A stretch of DNA of 64,000 nt. Source: an uncultured Planctomycetota bacterium. GTDB lineage: Bacteria > Planctomycetota > Planctomycetia > Isosphaerales > Isosphaeraceae. The stretch is taken from assembly GCA_963823665.1 (NCBI GenBank), contig CAWGMQ010000004.1, positions 1,568,001 to 1,632,000 of the forward strand, given 5' to 3'. Below the pieces are notes generated by a model that saw only the letters and a list, made by a program, of their open reading frames with translations, was not told the DNA's origin and ran no database searches. How positions within the stretch are numbered: position 1 is the first letter of the stretch; every line of letters starts with the position of its first letter. Below, piece after piece: positions 43,408 to 52,600 of the stretch. A program made the position numbers and the translations under genes.

Positions 43408-43717
43408 TCGTCGTTACACAGCATTGCCTTTCCGGCGCCGAGGGCAATCGGCGGCAACCGGAAGACAGTAGTATAGGGGACACCCGAATCCGCTGTCAAC
43501 GTGCACCGCTCGGTGGCTTATCGGCTGGCAGCCGGCCTCGGCTTCGGCCGTTCGAGGCCTCAAGCGGCAGTCGTCCCCGGATGTCCTCAGCTCATTCCTC
43601 ACCTTCCGCAGATCGGGCAAAGTGACGGGCTTCGAGCAACGACCTATTTCGGATCGCAGAGGTCTCCGCCATGATAGAGCCCCGCGATTTACCCACGGCA
43701 ATTTTCCGGGACCGCTG

Positions 43718-44344
43718 ATGAGCTCGAAATATGACGAACGTGTCCTGGTCGTTCCCAGTTCCGAGCTTGATCGGCTGGGCCGGTTCCAGGGGTTCTCTCC
43801 CGAAGTCGACCATTATCTGACCGGTCTGCTCGTTCCGGAGTTGATTCAGTTCCTGCCGCGCTCGAAGGTCGAAGAGGATCCCTCCTGGAAGCAGATCATC
43901 CCCTACGTCGTCTTCCGCTGCCGCGACAGCGCGTTTTGTTACACGCGAGGCAAGACGCAAGGTGAGGCCAGGCTCCATCGTCTGCGATCGCTGGGGGTCG
44001 GCGGTCACGTTTCCGAAGAGGACGCCGAAGGGCGAAAGAGTCTCGAGGCTTATGAATCGGCCATGAGGCGCGAAATCGACGAGGAAGTCGAGATCAAGAG
44101 CCCCGGGCGTGTTCTTCGAGTAGGACTGATCAACGACGACTCGACACCCGTCGGCCAGGTTCACCTCGGGGTCGTGCACCTTTTCGACCTGGAGCACCCG
44201 CATGTGCTGCCGCGTGAAGAGGGGTTGGCCGATGCCGAGTTCCTCGCGTTGTCGAGGGTCTGCGAGCTGCGAAACGAGTTTGAAACGTGGTCGCAGATTT
44301 GCGTGGACTCATTTTTGAGGCGTGCCGAGAACCGCTCCGGCTGA
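43718..44344 (+). CDS. NUDIX-like phosphoesterase
   Basis: KQIIPY, E.RLH...SLGVGGHV, RREIDEE, VGQVHLG, ETWS. Confidence 0.85.
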   Translation: MSSKYDERVLVVPSSELDRLGRFQGFSPEVDHYLTGLLVPELIQFLPRSKVEEDPSWKQIIPYVVFRCRDSAFCYTRGKTQGEARLHRLRSLGVGGHVSEEDAEGRKSLEAYESAMRREIDEEVEIKSPGRVLRVGLINDDSTPVGQVHLGVVHLFDLEHPHVLPREEGLADAEFLALSRVCELRNEFETWSQICVDSFLRRAENRSG

Positions 44345-45544
44345 CCGTCCGCTAAGGGCGGCAGGGATCGACGCACCGTTAAGTGTGCTCCTGCCCTGGG
44401 GCGACGGGCCAGCTCCCGGTTGCCGGTGGTCCAGCCACGCGATGATCGGCGGGAAGATCTCGATCGGAGCATGCCGGCTCCACACCAGGTCACAGTGACC
44501 GTAATCGGCAACGTGACCCTGGAGTTTGCCGAACCTCATGATCGCCTTGTCCGGGCTGCCCAGCGCCATGTACGTCAGCTCGGTCGAAGGAACATCCGAC
44601 ATGATGTCGCCGTCACCGGCCACCAGGAGCGTGGGCGTGCGGATCTCGCCCAGGCGCGCCGAATAGTCAATCGTGCGGTCCGCTGAGAGCATGTGTCCAA
44701 ATTCGAGGTAAGGATCGAGCTGGCGCAGCGCGCCTGGCCCGGTGTCCTCGAGGGCGTAGCCGTAGAATCGGGAGATCGTCTCGCGATCGACATTCTCGTT
44801 CGAATAATAGAACCGATCGATCAGCTCCATCCCCGGCAGGCGGAAGAACGCCAGCGGCCGGCCCAGGCGTCCAGGGCTGGCGAAAAGCGACAAAACTCGC
44901 AGCCCGCGGTTAGCGGCGAGCATGTCTTTCTGAGGGGTCTCCGCCTGGATGATGGTGCTTCCCATTCCAATGAAATTGGCAATCCGCTCGGGGTGCGGCG
45001 CCAGCTCCAGGTAGGGAAAGATGAGCATTCCCCCCAGGCTGTGGCCAACCCAGTTCACGCGATCCCGCCCGGTCTGCCGCTGTACATAATCGAGAATGGC
45101 AGGGACGTCATAGTGCACCAGATCATCAACATTCCAGTCGCGCTCGCCCCACTCTCTGAAGAACGTATGGCGCATGATCTTGTTGATGCGGTCGTGCCGT
45201 CCGAGGTGCGAGTTCTCTCCCGAGCCCCGAATGTCGAACACAAAGACGTCATAGCCCCGTGCTGCCATCTGGGAAGCGAGATGGTTTTCGGTGATCGTCC
45301 AGAACGTGCCGTTGAGCCCCAGCCCGTGGCACAGAATCACCGGCAGCTTGCCCGGATCGAGGTTCGGTGATCGGTAATGCCGCACCCCAAGCCGCCAACC
45401 GTCCTCGGTGTACGCAAAGCCGTCGGTGCACGGCCGAAGGTCAATACTGGGCGCATCGCGGCGCATCCTGACACAACCGGTCAGTAGAAACGACCCGCCG
45501 CAAAGAAGTGCGTAGGCGAAAAGAATTCGCCCTCTACGGCGCAT
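44309..45544 (-). CDS. Alpha/beta hydrolase, possible lipoprotein
   Basis: LTGC signal, LCHGLG, GHSLGG, GDGD, YGHCDL. Confidence 0.88.
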   Translation of the reverse strand: MRRRGRILFAYALLCGGSFLLTGCVRMRRDAPSIDLRPCTDGFAYTEDGWRLGVRHYRSPNLDPGKLPVILCHGLGLNGTFWTITENHLASQMAARGYDVFVFDIRGSGENSHLGRHDRINKIMRHTFFREWGERDWNVDDLVHYDVPAILDYVQRQTGRDRVNWVGHSLGGMLIFPYLELAPHPERIANFIGMGSTIIQAETPQKDMLAANRGLRVLSLFASPGRLGRPLAFFRLPGMELIDRFYYSNENVDRETISRFYGYALEDTGPGALRQLDPYLEFGHMLSADRTIDYSARLGEIRTPTLLVAGDGDIMSDVPSTELTYMALGSPDKAIMRFGKLQGHVADYGHCDLVWSRHAPIEIFPPIIAWLDHRQPGAGPSPQGRSTLNGASIPAALSGRSAGAVLGTPQK

Positions 45545-46139
45545 GGCGATGGGAATCCCTTCCTCCTCGCAACCGACATGACCGACAGCATCCTTGCTTA
45601 TCGGCGCGTGCGGATTCTATCGGCCGACCACGTTTGTGGGAACAGCAGGACCGTGATTCATTTGCACGCGGGATACACCTCAGCTCGCGAGCCCCGCCAC
45701 GGACCGGTGACTTGCCTCGCCCCTGACCACTTGCGCTCGGCTTCGTCCTCCTTTCGCACACTTAGCTCTCGCGGACCCCCAAAAACGTCGTCATCGTCGT
45801 CATCTCCTTTCCACAACAGGAGTTACGAATGACGACGTTTTCGAATCCGAAAAACTTTCGAAGTAACTCTTGAGACCCATTGATACTTACGAATGACGAC
45901 GCCTCTCGCACCGGGGCGCACCCCTCGTTCCGACGTTCCGCGTCGAAACGTCTCTCAGGCCGCTCCGCGGCGCGCTCGGCGATGACATCCCTGTGCCGCC
46001 TTCCGCGCCCCTCCTCCGTCCTCCGTCCTCCATCCTCCACCCTGCGCCCTGTGTCGGGCCCATCCGCCCACCACTTCGTTTTGTAGATTTGACGATGCTC
46101 CTTTCCCTGTAAGGATTAAGGGAACGAATCAGCGCCAGT

Positions 46140-46161
46140 GTAGGTCAGGCTTCAGCCTGAC
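46140..46161 (+). repeat. GTAG-type REP palindrome
   Basis: GTAGGTCAGGCTTCAGCCTGAC: starts with GTAG and folds as GTCAGGCT/AGCCTGAC. Confidence 0.7.
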
Positions 46162-47169
46162 GATTTCGCCACGCCCGTGCAAATGAAAATAGCCCTCACA
46201 CGACGACGAAGCTCCGCGTTGATGGTCACACACGCACACCACGACCGCGGCGTCCTCCGTAACTCCATAGGCGACTTGGGTTTTCGACCTCATCGAAGGT
46301 CTTTCACTCGTGGTAAAATGTGGTAATTAATGGTAATCCTCGCGAGAAATTCCTGCTTCTCTCTCGCTCTCCCGGGCCGGTCCAGCGCCCCGTTCTGGCC
46401 TTGTTTGACGACAACGCAACATGCAATCGCTCGCGCCACGGACCGATGCGAACCAGACGCCAAGGCGCTCTGCGCCCGCGATTGCGCTGGCTCACTCTGC
46501 ACAAGTGCAAGAGCGACTTGCGCTTTCGTCCATATTTCAGGTTCTTCAGGCATGGATCAAAATGATAGCAATGTGATAGCAAAACAAAGGCTTTTTCTGA
46601 TCCCACGCTCGCGGTTCTCTGCCCTGGCGCAGACCGCCCGGCGCATCCCTCGTGGACGGGTAAATGACGCGATCGAATCCTGACGTGAAGGGATCGAATG
46701 ACGCTCATCGGGAATGACGATCGGAAAAAGACATTTCGCGATGTGGTATTGGATGAGATGAGATTCCAGCCACGGACTGACCGGCATGGTTGCCCGCGCT
46801 CCGATTTCGTTTTGTAGATTCGTCGCGCGTCCTTACCCCACAAGGACTACGGGAACGCACTCGCTCGGTCGAGAGGGCGATCCATCGGCCGAGCTCGAAG
46901 CCGAAACCTTCCCCTCGAGCACGTCGCTTTGATCAACGGGTCGAATGACGCTCATCCGGAATGACGATCGGAAAAAGACATTTCGCGATGTGGTAATGGA
47001 AGAGATGAGAGGAGTTTCGAGCCATGGACCAACCGGCATGGTTGCCCCCGGGCTCCGGTCCGCTTCGCGACGCCTTCCCGGCCGTCCGCGCCGACCACGC
47101 ACTCTCCCCCTAGTACTATTATGCGCGGGTTTTCGGCGTTGGCCATCTCTCAATCACACTTGTAAATCT

Positions 47170-49080
47170 GACGTCTCCGACAAAAGTTCGTCGAGTTTAG
47201 TTTTCTGCGCAAGTTAATGTAAAATCTGAGTTTATGTCCATTTCTCCCTTGACTCTAGCGAGGCGCACCTCTACATTCAAGTATCCCCTGCGAAAGGAGT
47301 TGCGCCCGCCATGATCCACATCGTTGACCCGCGGCAAAACCGCCTGTTCGACCCCTTCGAGGGCGTCATACCTCCCGCCGGTCAACGGATCATCAGCTCG
47401 GGCTGGCAGGGAGTCTTTCGACACGTCCTCCTCAAACTGATGCCCGTAGGTCAACTGGCCCAGCATTTCAGCCGGGAACTGGGAGCCCCCACCAAGGAAC
47501 TGTACTCGATGGCCGGCTTGGTCTTCATGACCGACTTCTTCGACTGGACCGCCCAAGAGGCCGCCGAGGCTTACATCTTCCGCAGCGACGTCCAATACGC
47601 CCTTAACTTGGAGCCCGGCGTTGAAGTGTCGTCGCGCACGGTCGAGCGTTACCAAAAGCTCTTTCGCGAGAACGAACTGGCCGCTCAGGTCTTCCACGAC
47701 GTGACGATTGGACTGGCGGAAAAGCTCGAACTCGACATCTCCCGCCAGCGGCTCGACTCGACCCACGTCTTTTCTCACATGGCCAGCTTTGGTCGCACCA
47801 AGCTGATGGCCGTGGCAATCAAGCGGTTCCTGACCCAGGTGATCCGGCATGCCCCTGAGCGGTACGCCGCGTTGCCCGCGGAGTTCTGCGGCGCTACGAA
47901 CCGGCAGAATCGCAGTTGTTCGCCGCCGCCAAGGATGCCGAGGCTCGACAGCGGTCGCGGCAGCAAGCAGCCGAGGACTTGTGCTGGATCATCGACCACT
48001 TCGCCAATTGTCCCGACATGACGGCCCGGTCGAGCTACAAGGCCCTAGTCACGATCTTCAGCCAGCAGTGCGAACTGAGTGAGGGCAAAGTTGTCGTGAA
48101 GGCCAAGACCGGCGGTGACTGCGTTCAGAACCCGTCCGACCTCAGCGCCGGCTACGACGCCCACAAAGGTAAGGGCTATCAGGTGCAGATCACCGAGACG
48201 TGCAGCTCTGAGAACGAGGTGCAGTTGATCACAGGCGCTCTGCCGCAGGGTGCCGCGGAGCACGACGGCACGGCGGTGGTGCCGATGCTCGATCAACTCG
48301 AAGACTCGAAGTTGTTGCCCGAGGAGATGCTGGCTGACACGCTCTACTGCGGCGACGAGAACGTACAAGCGGCCGAGGACCGCGGCGTGGAGCTGGTCGG
48401 ACCGATCCCCGGTCGGGAGCCGGCAAGCGACCCTGGGGCGCTGACGCTGGACGACTTCGCGGTGGATGAACGGACCGGGCGGGTGGAAGCCTGTCCGCAA
48501 GGGCACATGCCGCTTGTGGTCGAGCGGAACGAAGAAGTAGGCACGACGCGAATCCAGATGGCGGCGGCAGCGTGCGAAGGATGCCCGTTCCGCACGTCGT
48601 GCCCGATCCACCAAACGCGGGATGGTCGCTACGAGCTGGATTTCAGTGACAAGGATCATCGGATGGCTGGGCGTCGCCGGGAACAAGAGACACCGGTATT
48701 CGCGGAGCGGTACAGGATGCGCTCGGGCATCGAGTCGACCAATAGCGGCTTGAAGAATCGGCTGAGGTTGGAACGTCTGCGAGTGCGAGGCCGCGGGAGT
48801 GTGTTCCGTGTGATCCTGCACAAAGTGGCGGGCTGGAACGTGCTACGGGCGGCAGCGTCGAAGAAGCTGCGCGCGTGGGTGAGCCGCGAAGTGGCCCAGA
48901 CGCTGAAAGGAGCTGAATCTGGGCCAACTGGGCGACTCTGCGCGCTCGTTCTGAGGCTGTGGGACGGTTTTCAGATGATTTTCCGCGGTTCTCACGGCTG
49001 TTCGGTTGATCTTGGAGGCTGTTGGGCCGCTTGAGCGTGCATCACTGACAATTCACAGGCGGCATTCTGTCGGCAGCGTC
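47170..49080 (+). mobile_element. IS1182-like insertion sequence
   Basis: Imperfect terminal inverted repeats GACGTCTCCGACAAAA / GACGCTGCCGACAGAA; 6-bp target duplication AAATCT at 47164-47169 and 49081-49086. Confidence 0.85.
47311..49034 (+). CDS. DDE transposase, IS1182/IS5-like (apparent frameshift near 47890)
   Basis: QRLDSTH, QNPSD..AGY..HKGKGYQVQI.ET, LADTLY, C..CP....CP, Y..RSGIESTNS.LK...RLRVRG. Confidence 0.88.
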
Positions 49081-49693
49081 AAATCTATGTGTAACGCAGA
49101 AGTTCAATCGCGATAGGGGATTAACTGCGGTCATTCGGTTGAAATATTTGCATAAAGTTGAGCCCGTTCAAAGCGCTTTGAAACGGCATCCCGCCACACC
49201 CCCTGGGGGGCCAGCTACCCTCCGGCGGCCGAGACCAGGTCCGAGCGCCGAGGGATGCCAGCGCAGAGTGAAATGAAAACACCGCGTACGAACCACCCCT
49301 TCGTAGACGACGGCGTAGGGGAAAGCCGCCGCAGCGGCGAGACGGTCGTGGGCGCGCTGTTTTGTCCGGCGCGGCGGTTCGTGCGGCGTTAGCTGGCCGC
49401 ACCCTCATTGCGCACAGCCTCACACCACGTGTCGCCTCTGCCGCGGAGCCCAACAACTCTGCGATGCCCGCCGGGAGCGTGACGCTGCGATCATCGCTCC
49501 TGAGAGGCTCGTGTTCTGGTGCCCCGCCGTCGGGGCGCGGAGGCGAATTCGGAATTGAGGTTTGTGGCGCAGAGGCGCCGGATTACTGGTTAAGGATGTA
49601 CGTCCCCGTTGTTCGTAGGGGGCTCGCTCTTGCCGTACAGTGCCACCCTCGGCCGCGCAGGGCTCATTTGAGCGACGCCAAAGTCAGCACCCT

Positions 49694-52600
49694 CTACGGC
49701 GAGGTGCTGGCCGCGAAGTCCGCATCCCCGCCGTAAATGACGGTGATCGGCTTTTTCGATACGCTATTGGGTTTTACCGAAAGCGTGCCCGAGCCGCCTT
49801 TCAACGAAACGGTCCCCAGCTTTTTTTCGACCAGCTTCTTCTTCACCTTCACCTGGACGTCGAAGGTCGCCGTGCCCGTTGGCAGTCCCGCACCCGGGGC
49901 GACTGGCTGGACCTCGGCCGTCAAGCCGACGGACACGAGCTTGTGCTTTTTCTTGAAGACGGGCTCGGTGATCAGGACCACTTCGGTGGCGGCCCGAGTG
50001 ACCGACAGGATGCCTGGCTCGTAAGTGATCGCGTAATTGGGATCGATCGCCCCAGACGCCGTAATCGCGTAACCTCCCGCGATCACCGGGCTGAACGTCG
50101 AAGCGGTCGTCGATAGCGTCGGCAGGGTAGTGAAAGTTGCGGGCGTGTCGCCGTTGACGAGGCCGCTGTAGCTTGCCGTCAGGGTCTGGATCGCCGCGCC
50201 GTAGACCTTAGTCTGGCTGTTGGCGGTGATCGTCAGCGGGGCCGTGCTTATCTCGCCCACGGCGCCGCGGATCGAGGTGGAACTGAGCTGGTAGTCGGCC
50301 GCGTCGGGCCCAGTGAGGGTGAGCCCAGAGACCGAGACGGTCTTGCCGGTGCCGGCGTTCTTGCTGTCATAGACGGCGGCGGAGGGATCGTTGAGGACGA
50401 CGCTGTCGCCAGGGAGCACGCCGCTCAGGATGAAGTTTCCGGGCAGCAGGTCAGCGGCAATCGTGCCGTCGTAAGTCCTCTCCACCGTGCCGGTCAGGGA
50501 CGCGGTGAGAAATCGGGCGATGATCTTGGCATTCGTCGTCGGCGGGATGAGGGCATAGTCGAAGGCTTGCGCACCGCTGATCGTCAGCCCTGACACCACC
50601 ACTGAAACGCCGTTGCCGACGTCCTTAGACGCAAAGGTGCCGATGGCGCCAGTCGTGACCAGACTGACCGAGTCACCCGCAATCACCCCGGTGAGCGTCG
50701 CCGTGCCAAGGCCCGCGAGTGTGGCGTCCGTGGCGGCGTCATACACCTTGTCGTTGGCCGTAATGCCAGAGACCGTCAGCGAAGCCGCGGAGATAGTGGC
50801 CGTGGTCGCTGGCGGGATTAGCGAGTAGTCGCTTGCCTGGGCGCCGCTCAGGCTCAGACCGGAAATTTGCACGGCGATGTCGTTGCCGGCGTCCTTGGAC
50901 GCAAAGGTCCCGACGGCCTCTGCCGTGACCAGAGTGACGGAATCACCGACGAAAACCCCATTGAGTGTCGCCGTGCCAAGGCCGACGAGCGTGGCGGCCG
51001 TGGTGGCTTCGTACACCTTGTCGCTAGCCGTGATGCCAGAGACCGTCAGCGAAGCCGCGGAGATAGTGGCCGTGGCCGCTGGCGGGATTAGCGAGTAGTC
51101 GCGTGCCTGGGCGCCGCTCAGGCTCAGACCGGAGATTTGCACGGCGATGTCGTTGCCGGCGTCCTTGGACGCAAAGGCGCCGATGGCCCCTGCCGTGACC
51201 AGAGTGACGGAATCGACGCCGATAACCCCATTCAGCGTCGCCGTGCCCAGGCCGAAGAGTGTCGCGGTCGTGGTGGCGTCATACACCTTGTCGCTGGCCG
51301 TGATGCCCGAGACCGTCAGCGAAGCCGGGGAGATAGTGGCCGTGGCCGCTGGCGGGCTCAGGGAGTAGTCGCTTGCCTGGGTGCCGCTCAGGCTCAGACC
51401 GGAAATTTGCACGGGGACGTCGTTGCCGGCGTCCTTGGACGCAAAGGTGCCGACGGCCCCTGCCGTGACCAGAGTGACGGAATCGACGCCGATAACCCCA
51501 TTCAGCGTCGCCGTGCCCAGGCCGAAGAGTGTCGCGGTCGTGGTGGCGTCATACACCTTGTCGCTGGCCGTGATGCCCGAGACCGTCAGCGAAGCCGGGG
51601 AGATAGTGGCCGTGGTCGCCGGCTGGATCAGCGAGTAGTCGCTTGCCTGGGCGCCGCTCAGGCTCAGACCGGAAATTTGCACGGGGATGTCGTTGCCGGC
51701 GTCCTTGGACGCAAAGGTGCCGACGGCCCCTGCCGTGACCAGAGTGACGGAATCGACGCCGATAACCCCATTCAGCGTCGCCGTGCCCAGGCCGAAGAGT
51801 GTCGCGGTCGTGGTGGCGTCATACACCTTGTCGCTGGCCGTGATGCCCGAGACCGTCAGCGAAGCCGGGGAGATAGTGGCCGTGGTCGCCGGCCGGATCA
51901 GCGAGTAGTCGCTTGCCTGGGCGCCGCTCAGGCTCAGACCGGAAATTTGCACGGGGATGTCGTTGCCGGCGTCCTTGGACGCAAAGGTGCCGACGGCCCC
52001 TGCCGTGACCAGAGTGACGGAATCGACGCCGATCACCCCATTGAGCGTCGCCGTGCCAAGGCCAACGAGTGTGGCGTGCGTGGTGGTGTCGTACACCTTG
52101 TCTCTAGCCGTGATGCCCGAGACCGTCAGCGGAGCCGGGGTCACGGCAAAGGTAGGTGGATTGGTGACCACCGCGAGCGTGTAGTTGCCGCCCGCACTGA
52201 GCGTGCCCGGCGTGAAGGCATACTTGCCGACGGGGCTGGCCATCGTGGCAGACGTACCGAGTTCGCCGGTGAGCAACGAAGACGTGTCTCCATTGACGAA
52301 GCCGCTCACAGTAGTATAAGTCAGGGACGGCACGGCGGAGCCGTAGAACTTCGACTGCCCCGTGCTCGGCGTAACGGTCAGCGGAGCCGGGTTTACGATG
52401 ATGGTGTAGGGTTGACCGCCCGTGAAGCCGCCGCTATCGGTCGCCGTGACCGTGAAGGAGAACATCCCGGTGACGCTTGGAACGCCGCTCAGCACTCCGC
52501 CGGTTGCCAGGATCAGGCCGACGGGTAGTGCGCCAGCCGTGATGGCGAAGGTGTATGGCCCACCCGCGCTGCCTGTTTCCGTCGCCGTGATTGTCTGGCT

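Larger units (their letters stand above)
46668..49190 (-). repeat. Conserved non-coding element, copy B: inverted relative to copy A, interrupted by an IS, core duplicated (46692-46795 and 46941-47046)
   Basis: Direct repeat TCGAATGACGCTCATC.GGAATGACGATCGGAAAAAGACATTTCGCGATGTGGTA...ACCGGCATGGTTGCCC; blocks match copy A. Confidence 0.85.

Noticed and set aside
46668..47046. Direct repeats as a CRISPR array
   Set aside because: Only two units of ~105 bp, no regular spacers and no cas genes.
47105..47130. GCGCATAA-N6 resembling the XerC arm of dif
   Set aside because: No XerD arm (TTATGTTAAAT-like) in either copy of the element.
47870..47900. Programmed frameshift in the transposase
   Set aside because: No slippery run is visible, and similar indels occur throughout the window.
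50515..52135. Near-identical repeats as DGR template/variable regions
   Set aside because: In-frame domain repeats, no adenine-specific variation and no reverse transcriptase.
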